This document shows, piece after piece, positions 45,597 to 54,292 of a stretch of 64,000 nucleotides of DNA. The position numbers were made by a program, and so were the translations under genes. Each line of letters begins with the position of its first letter. The first letter of the stretch is position 1. Origin of the DNA: Eubacteriales bacterium (GTDB lineage Bacteria > Bacillota > Clostridia > Oscillospirales > CAG-382); NCBI GenBank assembly GCA_045636665.1, contig JAZTXY010000086.1, forward strand, positions 72,031 to 136,030. Reading direction: 5' to 3'. Below the pieces are notes generated by a model. That model made no database searches. It saw only the letters and a program-made list of their open reading frames with translations, and was not told the origin of the DNA.

Positions 45597-47150
45597 ATGA
45601 ACAGAAAAGAACTTCACGATAAGATTGCAGAGGTATCGAAAACGATTTTTTCGTACTGTATGGCGAAAACACCCACACGGGAAGAAGCCGAGGATTTATC
45701 GCAGGATATTTTGTGCGAGCTGTTGAAATCGGCGGAAAACATCCGTGATGACAGGGCGTTTTACTCTTTTATGTGGGGCGTTGCAGGAAACGTCTATAAG
45801 CAATGGTACAGGAAGAAACTAAAAAATACTGCAAGCGAATTGACAACCGAAATTCCAACGGAAGATGCTTTCATTGAAGACGAAAACAATGATATATATC
45901 TTTTGCGTCGCGAATTGACTTTGCTGTCGGAAAAACACCGTAAAGCAACGATTATGTACTATGTCGACGGACGTTCTTGCTCGGAAATTTCATCTGCGCT
46001 CTCCGTTACGGAAAATACGGTGAAATATCTGCTTTTTAAATCGAGAAAAATATTGAAAGAAGGAATGAATATGGAAAGAAATCTTGGCGAATTAAGCTAT
46101 AATCCGAAAACATTAATCCCGATGTATAGCGGTCATGGCCCTAACCAATTTTGGGAGTTTATGCAGAGTAAAATAAGACAGAATATCGTTAGCGCTTGCT
46201 ATAACGATGCGCTTACAGTTCAGCAAATCAGCCTCGAAACAGGTATCCCGCTTCCGTATCTTGACGATGAAATTAAAGAACTTGAAGACAAACAAATCAT
46301 AATTAGAGAAGGAAAACACTACAAAGCAAATGTGATTATTATAACATCCGAGTGTGCCGACGAAATTGAACGTGCTGTTGCAAAAAATCATGAACAGATT
46401 GCTGATAAAATGACGACTTTTATTAGCGACAAGTTAAATGAATATAAAAATCTTAACTTTGTAGGTCACGATTTTTCGGATAACACATTGCGATGGCAGC
46501 TTGCTACCATTCTTTTTAGAATGATCTGCGTGGTGGATTGCAGTGATACCATAGATGCACCTAAAACAGGATGGGGCGAATCTGCTTATCTTTGGTGTGT
46601 GGAGAAGTTAAACGAGAAACATATATTCTCTTATTGCGGTGTGGATGATAAACACGGAAACAGTTTATACTTTTTTGACTATTGGAAAGACCGCAAGGGA
46701 AAGGGCGATCATCACGATTTTTACGGAAAAGAACGTTATATCAATATTTTCTGTGACATCTGTCGCGAGAACCATGCTTCTTTCAGCGAATATGATCTTG
46801 AAGCAATTGCAGAAATGATAAAAAAAGGATATGTTATCAAGGAGAACGAAACTTACAAAGCCACCGTTCCTGTTTACTCTTTGGAACAATATCTAACCAT
46901 TATCAATATTGCAAAGGAATTTATATCCGCCGAACTTGTATCGATTGTTCGAGAAATGGATAAAACCGCCGCACAAATTTTAAGTGCACATACGCCAAAG
47001 CATTTGCAGAGTCAGGTGGCAGGAATTGCCTCTATGGATAAGTTTGTTAATGCCGTTTGCATTCCCGCAACCATTCTTATCGAAAGACAATTTTTGAGCA
47101 CCGCATGGCATCCTCTTGAAATGCCTGCCACATACGTTGTTTTGAAGTAA
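45597..47150 (+). CDS. Sigma-70 family (ECF-like) sigma factor fused to a ~330-aa C-terminal domain of unknown function
   Basis: AAGGAGG RBS. Region 2 (EEAEDLSQDILCELL) and region 4 (YYVDGRSCSEISSALSVTENTVKYLLFKSRKIL). No TM helix. AT-richer codon usage. Confidence 0.7.
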   Translation: MNRKELHDKIAEVSKTIFSYCMAKTPTREEAEDLSQDILCELLKSAENIRDDRAFYSFMWGVAGNVYKQWYRKKLKNTASELTTEIPTEDAFIEDENNDIYLLRRELTLLSEKHRKATIMYYVDGRSCSEISSALSVTENTVKYLLFKSRKILKEGMNMERNLGELSYNPKTLIPMYSGHGPNQFWEFMQSKIRQNIVSACYNDALTVQQISLETGIPLPYLDDEIKELEDKQIIIREGKHYKANVIIITSECADEIERAVAKNHEQIADKMTTFISDKLNEYKNLNFVGHDFSDNTLRWQLATILFRMICVVDCSDTIDAPKTGWGESAYLWCVEKLNEKHIFSYCGVDDKHGNSLYFFDYWKDRKGKGDHHDFYGKERYINIFCDICRENHASFSEYDLEAIAEMIKKGYVIKENETYKATVPVYSLEQYLTIINIAKEFISAELVSIVREMDKTAAQILSAHTPKHLQSQVAGIASMDKFVNAVCIPATILIERQFLSTAWHPLEMPATYVVLK

Positions 47151-47269
47151 TGATAGATGAACAACACCGCCGAGAATTCCTCGGCGGTTTCTTATACAAA
47201 AAAGAACGGACAGCGAAAGCCGTCCGTTTATCGTTATGGATATTTACGGGTTCAAATAATGAAACGCTT

Positions 47270-47761
47270 TTATTTTGTTACGTCTACACTCTTTGCAAAT
47301 TCAAGGATTTGGATTTTGAAGCCTTCATATTCCGAGAGGGGGGTTGCGAACTGTACGGTCCAAAAAGCGTCGTCGCCCTTGTACATTGCGGTGAGGTATT
47401 TATACGAAGTGCCTTCCTTGTTGAAAAAGCTGTATTCAAAATAGGTAACTCCGTCCGTTTCGGTAACGTCGGAGGGGGTGATGGTATCCTTGGTGCAGTT
47501 GAGCTTCATAAGGTCTGCATAACGGCCGAGAGTGTAATCTTCAAGACCTTCAAGCGCCGAAAAGGGTTCCTTGATAACCGCGACCAAAATGTTTTTTGAA
47601 TCGTAGCTTACAAAATAATTTTCGTATTCCTTTTCAAGAAACTCCGAGGTCAGGGTTATTGAAAATCCGTCCTTTTCAAAAACCTCTTGGGTAATGTTGT
47701 TACAAGATGCAAGGGAAACGAGTATTAGCGCGCACATAAAAAGCGCTATGATCTTCTTCAT
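47270..47761 (-). CDS. Lipoprotein, function unknown
   Basis: Signal peptide with lipobox LASC. I chose the ATG at 47761, which has an AAGGGTG RBS. Confidence 0.65.
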   Translation of the reverse strand: MKKIIALFMCALILVSLASCNNITQEVFEKDGFSITLTSEFLEKEYENYFVSYDSKNILVAVIKEPFSALEGLEDYTLGRYADLMKLNCTKDTITPSDVTETDGVTYFEYSFFNKEGTSYKYLTAMYKGDDAFWTVQFATPLSEYEGFKIQILEFAKSVDVTK

Positions 47762-47787
47762 AAAATACACCCTTTTTGTTTTTTTAT

Positions 47788-47816
47788 ATTATAACAATTT
47801 TTGTGTTGAGTGTCAA
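47788..47816 (-). promoter_or_regulatory. Sigma-A type promoter for the lipoprotein gene
   Basis: The minus strand reads TTGACA-N17-TATAAT. Confidence 0.6.
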
Positions 47817-47886
47817 GATGAAGTGAGAGGGAAGGGGCAAAAAGAAAAAGCACTTTCGAAAGCAGGAATATAATTCGGTGATACAT

Positions 47887-47995
47887 TTGCACGAAGTGCA
47901 ACATCGTTTTGTGTCCGCAAGCTGAATGATGTTTTCGCTTTGCGAAAAATGATGTTGACCCTACGGTCAAACGATGTTGTGTCCTTACGGACACA
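47887..47995. repeat. Array of short stem-loops separated by (A/C)(T/G)GATGT spacers
   Basis: TTGCAC-GAA-GTGCAA; TTTTCGC-TTT-GCGAAAA; TGACC-CTAC-GGTCA; TGTGTCC-TTAC-GGACACA. See finding. Confidence 0.7.
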
Positions 47996-48002
47996 AACAC
48001 AA

Positions 48003-48038
48003 AAAGAAAGACACAATGAACATTGTGTCTTTCTTTTT
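48003..48038 (-). terminator. Rho-independent terminator of the tRNA cluster
   Basis: 14-bp stem AGAAAGACACAATG/CATTGTGTCTTTCT followed by a T-run on the minus strand. Confidence 0.8.
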
Positions 48039-48116
48039 TGGGGTGGCTGACCGGGTTCGAACCGGCGACCCCCAGGGCCACAACCTGGTACTCTAACCAG
48101 CTGAGCTACAGCCACC
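48039..48116 (-). tRNA. tRNA-His (anticodon GUG) with encoded G-1 and CCA
   Basis: G-GTGGCTG-TA-GCTC...CCAGG-TTGTGGC-CCTGG...GGTTCGAACCC...CAGCCAC-C-CCA. Confidence 0.9.
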
Positions 48117-48119
48117 ATA

Positions 48120-48196
48120 TGGCGTGCCTTGAGGGACTCGAACCCCCGACCTACTGCTTAGAAGGCAGTTGCTCTATCCGGCTGAGCTAAAGGCAC
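48120..48196 (-). tRNA. tRNA-Arg (anticodon UCU), CCA encoded
   Basis: GTGCCTT-TA-GCTCAGCCGGATAGAGC-A-ACTGC-CTTCTAA-GCAGT...GGGGGTTCGAGTCCCTC-AAGGCAC-G-CCA. Confidence 0.9.
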
Positions 48197-48245
48197 ATTT
48201 AATTAACCGAGCCGAGGGGTTTCCTCTCTCTGTGTGATCGTAAAA

Positions 48246-48319
48246 TGGAGCGGGTGACGGGAATCGGACCCGCGCGACCAGCTTGGAAGGCTGGGATTCT
48301 ACCATTGAACTACACCCGC
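48246..48319 (-). tRNA. tRNA-Gly (anticodon UCC), CCA encoded
   Basis: GCGGGTG-TA-GTTCAATGGTAGAA...CCAGC-CTTCCAA-GCTGG...CACCCGC-T-CCA. Confidence 0.9.
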
Positions 48320-48366
48320 GTGATTATTTAAGGCGACGGCGATCATCCGCCGCCTTAAACTATTAC

Positions 48367-48630
48367 TTAGGCAATACCGTTGAGGAGTTTGGTGTACTGG
48401 CTCTTCTTACGAGCGGCATTGTTCTTGTGGATAATGCCCTTAGAAACAGCTCTGTCAACCATGCCGACAGCTTCAAGATAAGTCTTTTCAGCAAGCTCTT
48501 TATTACCTTCAGCAATTGCTGCCTTGTACTTCTTAACAGAAGTCTTCATTGCGGACTTGAACATCTTGTTCTGAAGCGTCTTTGTTTCGGTAACCTTAAC
48601 ACGCTTTTTTGCAGATTTAATGTTAGGCAT
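48367..48630 (-). CDS. rpsT: 30S ribosomal protein S20
   Basis: GGAGG RBS. MPNIKSAKKRVKVTETKTLQNK... Confidence 0.9.
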   Translation of the reverse strand: MPNIKSAKKRVKVTETKTLQNKMFKSAMKTSVKKYKAAIAEGNKELAEKTYLEAVGMVDRAVSKGIIHKNNAARKKSQYTKLLNGIA

Positions 48631-48775
48631 GTACTCTCTATACCTCCATTCGAATTTTGGAACCATTCAACTATAACATAAAAATTTCGGTTTTGCAATA
48701 GGTTATGCAAAAAAAGTTATAAAAATTTTCTTTTAGGGAAAAATCTATAAAAAAGTTGTTGTTTGGGAGTATTTT

Positions 48776-49678
48776 ATGTTCGAAAAGCGTACGGATCTCG
48801 CCCTTGAGGTGCATGAATTGCACGGAAAAGACTCGGGCATAAGCGTAAATGAAGTAACCGTCGGTGAAATTACCGTAACCTATGCCGATATAAAGGATGG
48901 AGAAGGTGCGCTTCTTTCGGGCAAGCCCGCAGGGAGATATATCACCTTCGACGTCGGTGAGCTTCACAAAAAGGGAAGCGACGAGTTTGTTGCCGCCGCA
49001 ACGCTGATAGCCGATGAGATGAAGGGGTTGTTTCCCGATAATTGCAAAAGCTTTCTTGTTGTCGGATTGGGAAACGAATCGATAACGCCCGATTCGGTCG
49101 GGCCCAAAGCCGTGAAAAAATTACTCGTCACACGCCACATCGAATTTATCGACAAAACGCTTTATAACGACGCAGGCTTTGGCAACCTCGCCGCAATAAG
49201 CCCCGGCGTTTTGGGACAGACGGGAATTGAAAGCAGGGATATTATATCGGGCGTGGTGCAAAAAGTCAACCCCGATTGCGTAATTATTATCGATTCTCTC
49301 GCGTCGCGCCGTCTTGCCCGTCTTGCAACCACGGTTCAGCTTTCAAACACCGGCATTTCACCCGGCTCGGGAGTTGACAACAGACGCGTTGAATTGAGCA
49401 GAGATACGCTTGGTGTTGCCGTGATATCGATTGGAATCCCAACCGTTGTCGACGCCGCAACGCTTGCTTGTGACCTGCTCGAGGAGGCGATAGGGGAGGA
49501 AAACGAAGCGCTTAACCAAATTATCGAAAAGGTGTTTTCGACCGACCGAAAAGGTATGTTCGTAACGCCGAAGGAAAATGACGTTATCGCAAAAAACTCG
49601 GCGAAGCTTATCGCAACGGTGATAAATATGGCGGTTCACAATATGTCCGTTTCGGAAATTAACGGCTTTTTGTCATAA
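48776..49678 (+). CDS. gpr: Germination protease (GPR endopeptidase)
   Basis: MFEKRTDLALEVHE..., GLGNESITPDSVGP and IIIDSLASR motifs. Confidence 0.85.
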   Translation: MFEKRTDLALEVHELHGKDSGISVNEVTVGEITVTYADIKDGEGALLSGKPAGRYITFDVGELHKKGSDEFVAAATLIADEMKGLFPDNCKSFLVVGLGNESITPDSVGPKAVKKLLVTRHIEFIDKTLYNDAGFGNLAAISPGVLGQTGIESRDIISGVVQKVNPDCVIIIDSLASRRLARLATTVQLSNTGISPGSGVDNRRVELSRDTLGVAVISIGIPTVVDAATLACDLLEEAIGEENEALNQIIEKVFSTDRKGMFVTPKENDVIAKNSAKLIATVINMAVHNMSVSEINGFLS

Positions 49679-49720
49679 AGCTTGTCCCTTGTGAATATAA
49701 TTACACGAGGAAGTGATAAA

Positions 49721-50812
49721 ATGAAAAGAAGATTGACACTTAACCAAAGACAAGCGCTTCTTAAATGGGGCTGCTTGGTGCTGTCGGCGCTGATGCTTGT
49801 CGGAGTATTTACGGCGATACCGTATATTGTAAACGCACTGCCGAAAATGGATAGCGAAACGGTGCGCGACGTATTAAACGGAAACGAGGCGATGGGAGGG
49901 GCAATTCCGCAATATCCGCTTGGCGGAGGAAGCTTTGAAACGTCAAACGAAACGTCTGTCCCCGATGAAAACGAGGGAGAATTCGAACCCGAGGAGCCCA
50001 TCCCCATACCCGAACAGGGGGAATACGACCTATCGGTAACTCCGAGCAATCTTGCTTGGTATGATGCGACCGAAACGCCGATGCTTAATATAATCAACCG
50101 CACTAAGTACTCGGTGAACCTTAATTCCTTTCTGACAAGACCTTTCCCGATAAACACCGAAATAAACGATTCGCCGTTGGTGCTTATCGTACATACTCAC
50201 GGAAGCGAAAGCTATCTTGAAAGCGGATACGATTTTTATTCGCCCGACGAAACATTTCGCTCGCAGGAGGTCGAAAAAACAGTGGTTCACATCGGAGAGG
50301 TGCTGTGCGAAAAGCTTAATTCGTTGGGGATAGGAACGGTTCACGATACAACGATGTACGACCTTACCGATTTCAACAAATCCTATAATTACTCGCGCGA
50401 GGGGATAAAAGCCGCCCTTTCGAAATATCCCACAGTTCGGTTCGTTATCGACCTTCACCGCGATTCGGTTTTCGATTCGGACGGCAACAACATTAAACCG
50501 CTGACAACGCTTAACGGCAAAAAATGCGCTCAGCTTATGCTTGTGGTCGGCACCGACGAGGGCGGCTCGGCTCATCCCGATTGGCGCGATAATTTAACCT
50601 TTGCAACGCATCTTCAACAAAAAATGAACGATTACTATCCAACCCTCGCAAGACCGATAAATCTGCGCACCGCTGCATTTAACCAAGCGCTCACAAAGGG
50701 CAGTGTTCTTTTGGAGGTGGGCTCTTGCGGTAACACTGTCGAGGAGGCCGAAAACGCAGTTTTGCTTTTTGCTCAAGCGTATGCAAGTATGCTGAAGGAA
50801 AATTTAAAATAA
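49721..50812 (+). CDS. spoIIP: Stage II sporulation protein P
   Basis: GAGGAAGTG RBS. N-terminal TM helix. IVHTHGSESY and VIDLHRDS motifs. Confidence 0.8.
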   Translation: MKRRLTLNQRQALLKWGCLVLSALMLVGVFTAIPYIVNALPKMDSETVRDVLNGNEAMGGAIPQYPLGGGSFETSNETSVPDENEGEFEPEEPIPIPEQGEYDLSVTPSNLAWYDATETPMLNIINRTKYSVNLNSFLTRPFPINTEINDSPLVLIVHTHGSESYLESGYDFYSPDETFRSQEVEKTVVHIGEVLCEKLNSLGIGTVHDTTMYDLTDFNKSYNYSREGIKAALSKYPTVRFVIDLHRDSVFDSDGNNIKPLTTLNGKKCAQLMLVVGTDEGGSAHPDWRDNLTFATHLQQKMNDYYPTLARPINLRTAAFNQALTKGSVLLEVGSCGNTVEEAENAVLLFAQAYASMLKENLK

Positions 50813-50821
50813 TAAAGCAAC

Positions 50822-50849
50822 AAAAAAGGACTTGTGCAAGTCCTTTTTC
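50822..50849. terminator. Bidirectional terminator
   Basis: AAGGACTTG-loop-CAAGTCCTT with flanking A- and T-runs. Confidence 0.7.
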
Positions 50850-50851
50850 GT

Positions 50852-51118
50852 TTATTTCGTATTTATTTCATATCTGACGAGAATCGTATCCTTGCCGATG
50901 CGTTCGATGTCACGCCAAGGAATAACCGTTCGGTTTTTGGTCGAAAGCGAAGCGAGCAACCCGTTGCCGGGGATGATTAGCGCGGTTATTTCGCCCGTGC
51001 AGGTGTTTACTTCGAGGTCGCCGATGCAGCCGAGCAGACTGCCGTCGCAAAGATTGATTACCTCTTTGTTTTTAAGCTCGGAAAAGCAGGATATGACGGG
51101 TATCAAAGCAGTATGCAT
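50852..51118 (-). CDS. ymxH: YlmC/YmxH-family (PRC-barrel) sporulation protein
   Basis: SELKNKEVINLCDGSLLGCIGDLEVNTCTGEITALIIPG. Overlaps the spoIVA stop by 16 nt. The exact start is uncertain. Confidence 0.75.
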   Translation of the reverse strand: MHTALIPVISCFSELKNKEVINLCDGSLLGCIGDLEVNTCTGEITALIIPGNGLLASLSTKNRTVIPWRDIERIGKDTILVRYEINTK

Positions 51119-52578
51119 ATCAAACCGCCGCTGCCCTCGTTGATGATGCGCTGAATCGTACCCGCAATCTTTGCCCGTGCATCGTCGGGCATATGGGCGA
51201 GCTTGCTGTTAAGCCCCTCGCTTACAAGCTCGTGGAGTGTTTTGCCGAACATATTCGATTCCCAAATGCTTTTCGGGTCTTCCTCGAACTCCTTTAAAAG
51301 GAAGCTCACAAGCTCCTCCGATTGGCTTTCGGTTCCGACAATCGGATTTACCTCGGTTTCGATGTCGGCCTTCATCATGTGGATAGAGGGCGCGCTTGCC
51401 TTTAATTTCACGCCGTAACCGCCCGGCTGCTTTACGATTTCGGGCTCTTCAAGCGTAAGGTCGTCAATCGAGGGCATAACGATACCGTAACCGTCGTTCA
51501 TAGCATCGTCGATAGCGCCTGCGACCTTGTCGTATTTCTTTTTAACTTCGGCAAGCTCGGTCATAATGGTAAGCAACGCGCGTTCGTTTTCGATTTCAAA
51601 TCCGCTCTTTTCACCGAGTATGCCGTAAAAGATTCTGTCGGGGATGCGAACGTCGATTGCCGCGCTTCCTTTGCCGAGGTCAAGACGGTCGAGCTTTGCC
51701 GTCATATCGCCGCCTTGGGCAAATGCTTCCGCCGCATCGCGTATTTCACCGACACGTCTTAAGCCGTTTACCGTTTCGGTAACCGCGGAAAACAAATTGG
51801 CTCTCAGCTCATCGTTTTCGTCAAGCACGTCGATCCAGCTCGGAAGCGAAAAAGCAACCTCGCGTACGGGAAATTCATAAAGCAAGCCGCGAAGGATGTC
51901 CTTGATGTCCGAATCGTCCATATTTAAGCAGTTTATCGGGATAACGGGCACGTCGTATTCCTCTTCGAGCTTGTTTGCCAAAGCTGTCGATGACTGTGCG
52001 TTCGGGTGCGCGCAGTTCAAAACCACAACGAACGGCTTGCGCAACGCCTTTAATTCCGAAACGACACGAGCCTCGGCTTCCTCGTATGCCTCTCTCGGCA
52101 ATTCACCGACAGTGCCGTCGGTCGTAACAACAATACCGACGGTCGAATGCTCCTCGATAACCTTTCGCGTTCCCGTTTCTGCGGCGGCTTCGAAGGGAAG
52201 CGGCGATTCCGACCAAGGCGTCATAACCATTCTCGGATGACCGTCCTCGATAAGACCCATTGCGCCGGGTACGATGTATCCGACACAGTCGATAAGCTTG
52301 ACTCGGCATTCGGTTTCTTCGTCAAGCGGAATGCTGACCGCCGATTCGGGGATGAATTTCGGCTCGGTGGTCATAACCGTCTTTCCCGATGCCGATTGCG
52401 GCATTTCGTCCTTTGCTCTTTCCCGTGCAGACTCGGTTTCGATGTTAGGTAAAATAAGGTTTTCGGTAAACCTCTTGATAAGAGTCGATTTTCCCGTTCT
52501 TACGGGTCCGACGACCCCAATGTAAATGTCACCGCCCGTGCGGTTCGCTATGTCACTGTATATTCCCATATCGGTCAT
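51103..52578 (-). CDS. spoIVA: Stage IV sporulation protein A
   Basis: AAGGAGG RBS. DIYIGVVGPVRTGKSTLIKRF Walker A motif. 491 aa. Confidence 0.9.
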   Translation of the reverse strand: MTDMGIYSDIANRTGGDIYIGVVGPVRTGKSTLIKRFTENLILPNIETESARERAKDEMPQSASGKTVMTTEPKFIPESAVSIPLDEETECRVKLIDCVGYIVPGAMGLIEDGHPRMVMTPWSESPLPFEAAAETGTRKVIEEHSTVGIVVTTDGTVGELPREAYEEAEARVVSELKALRKPFVVVLNCAHPNAQSSTALANKLEEEYDVPVIPINCLNMDDSDIKDILRGLLYEFPVREVAFSLPSWIDVLDENDELRANLFSAVTETVNGLRRVGEIRDAAEAFAQGGDMTAKLDRLDLGKGSAAIDVRIPDRIFYGILGEKSGFEIENERALLTIMTELAEVKKKYDKVAGAIDDAMNDGYGIVMPSIDDLTLEEPEIVKQPGGYGVKLKASAPSIHMMKADIETEVNPIVGTESQSEELVSFLLKEFEEDPKSIWESNMFGKTLHELVSEGLNSKLAHMPDDARAKIAGTIQRIINEGSGGLICILL

Positions 52579-52710
52579 AAGTGTGTCCTCCTTGCGGTTT
52601 TTGTTACAAATGTATTCACAAGGAATTTTGTATAGAACCGATTGACATTGAATGTTTTTTGTGCTATCCTAAATTTTAGTAAAAAACTCTCGTTTTTGGA
52701 GGCGAATGTA

Positions 52711-53775
52711 ATGAAGGAAATAAAGAGAATAGGCGTACTTACCAGCGGCGGCGACGCTCCGGGTATGAACGCGGCGGTTCGTGCGGTAACGCGTCTTGCC
52801 TTGTATAAAGGTATCGAGGTTATGGGTATTTATAACGGATACCAAGGCCTTATCGAGGATAATATTAAGCCGCTTCACGAACGTGACGTTTCTTTTATTA
52901 TAAACCGCGGCGGAACGATGCTTTATTCTGCAAGAAGCAACGATTTCCGCACCAAAGAGGGCAGAGCAAAGGCGGTTGAAAACTGCAAAAAGCACGGTAT
53001 CGACGGCATCGTTACCATTGGCGGCGACGGCACCTTCCGCGGCGCTGTTGAGCTTACCAACGACGGTGTGCCCTGCATCGGTATCCCTGCTACCATTGAT
53101 AACGATATCGCATCGACCGAAGCTACCATCGGCTTCGATACTGCGATGAACACCGTTGTCGACCTTGTCGATAAGCTCCGCGATACGAGTGAAAGCCATT
53201 CGCGCTGTACCGTAGTTGAGGTTATGGGCAGAGAAGCAGGCGATATCGCGCTTCAAACCTCGATCGCACTTGGTGCGGTTACTGCGGTAATCCGTGAAAT
53301 CCCCACCGATTTTGACCACGTTATCGAAAAAATGGTTGCGGCACGAAAGGGCGGCAAGCGTAATTTCATTATCATCACCTGTGAAGGCATGGGCAAGGAG
53401 TACGGTGAAGAATTAAGCGCTATGATCGAAGCAAGAAGCGGTATCGAAAGCCGTTTTGCACGTCTTGCTCACATTCAACGCGGCGGCGCACCCACGCTTC
53501 GCGACCGTGTGCTTGCGACTCAAATGGGCTGTGCGGCTGTCGAAAACCTTATTGCAGGACAGATGAAGCAGGTTATGTGTCTGCGCGGTAACAATATCGT
53601 ATCGATGGATATTTTCGATGCGCTTACCGTTGATAAGCTTATGAAGGGCAAGCTTAAGCTCGAGGAGGAAGAACGCATCCCCCCCAACAAGCTCTATGAA
53701 ATGAAGCGCATAGTTGCCGATAAACAAGCTTATAAGAAGTATCTTAACTATATTATCGACCACATAACGCTTTAA
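52711..53775 (+). CDS. pfkA: ATP-dependent 6-phosphofructokinase with a ~35-aa C-terminal extension
   Basis: GGAGG RBS. IGVLTSGGDAPGMNAA, GGDGTFRGA and PATIDNDI motifs. Confidence 0.85.
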   Translation: MKEIKRIGVLTSGGDAPGMNAAVRAVTRLALYKGIEVMGIYNGYQGLIEDNIKPLHERDVSFIINRGGTMLYSARSNDFRTKEGRAKAVENCKKHGIDGIVTIGGDGTFRGAVELTNDGVPCIGIPATIDNDIASTEATIGFDTAMNTVVDLVDKLRDTSESHSRCTVVEVMGREAGDIALQTSIALGAVTAVIREIPTDFDHVIEKMVAARKGGKRNFIIITCEGMGKEYGEELSAMIEARSGIESRFARLAHIQRGGAPTLRDRVLATQMGCAAVENLIAGQMKQVMCLRGNNIVSMDIFDALTVDKLMKGKLKLEEEERIPPNKLYEMKRIVADKQAYKKYLNYIIDHITL

Positions 53776-53860
53776 GTATAAACGTAAAAACGCTGTGCGA
53801 TCGAGACGTGCTCTAAAGGACAGCCGCAAATCAAACAGAATATGTTACCTACCGACAGGA

Positions 53861-53897
53861 GAAGGACGAAGAATTGTTAGAATTCCTCGTCCTTTTT
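53861..53897 (+). terminator. Rho-independent terminator after pfkA
   Basis: AAGGACGAAGAATT-loop-AATTCCTCGTCCTT followed by TTTT. Confidence 0.7.
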
Positions 53898-53939
53898 GCT
53901 TGACAAGCACTGCTTCTGTGACCGCAGAAGCTATTTTCG

Positions 53940-54120
53940 GTTATGAGTTATGAGGTTCGCTTACGCTCACCGTTATGAGTTCGCTCCGCAAACGTTATGA
54001 TGTGATCGCCTTGTTACTTCAAGCTGTGCCATAGGCACATCATAACTTGGCGTAGCCAATCATAACTATAAACTCGCCGTAGGCGATCATAGCTGCGTAG
54101 TGTCCTTAAGGGCACTACGC
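53940..54120. repeat. Heptamer/hairpin module array (GTTATGA x4, then TCATAAC-type x3 interleaved with perfect stem-loops)
   Basis: See finding. TGTGCC-ATA-GGCACA; TTGGC-GTA-GCCAA; TCGCC-GTA-GGCGA; GCGTAGTGTCC-TTAA-GGGCACTACGC. Confidence 0.75.
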
Positions 54121-54232
54121 TATTGCACGGCGTTTTTTGTCGCTTGGTGAAAGGGATTAGCCTTTGTTGAGAATGACATATAAAGCCGACAAAACGGTAT
54201 GCAAATTCTTTAAAACGAAATCGTCAATTCGA

Positions 54233-54261
54233 TTGACACCCGATAATAATTGTGATATAAT
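54233..54261 (+). promoter_or_regulatory. Sigma-A type promoter for rlmB
   Basis: TTGACA-N17-TATAAT. Confidence 0.65.
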
Positions 54262-54292
54262 ACTTAAGATTATATAAATAAGGAAACGCCTG

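Noticed and set aside
47758-48118. 101-107-aa minus-strand ORFs overlapping tRNA-His and the hairpin array
   Set aside because: They overlap a tRNA and a terminator and are non-coding by context.
53940-54120. I considered a CRISPR array or integron attC sites for the heptamer/hairpin arrays here and at 47887-47995.
   Set aside because: The repeat units are only 7-10 nt and the intervening pieces are themselves hairpins, so this is not CRISPR. The order GTTATGA...TCATAAC is the reverse of the attC arrangement (RYYYAAC...GTTRRRY). The heptamer does not fit GTTRRRY. No intI or cas genes are present.
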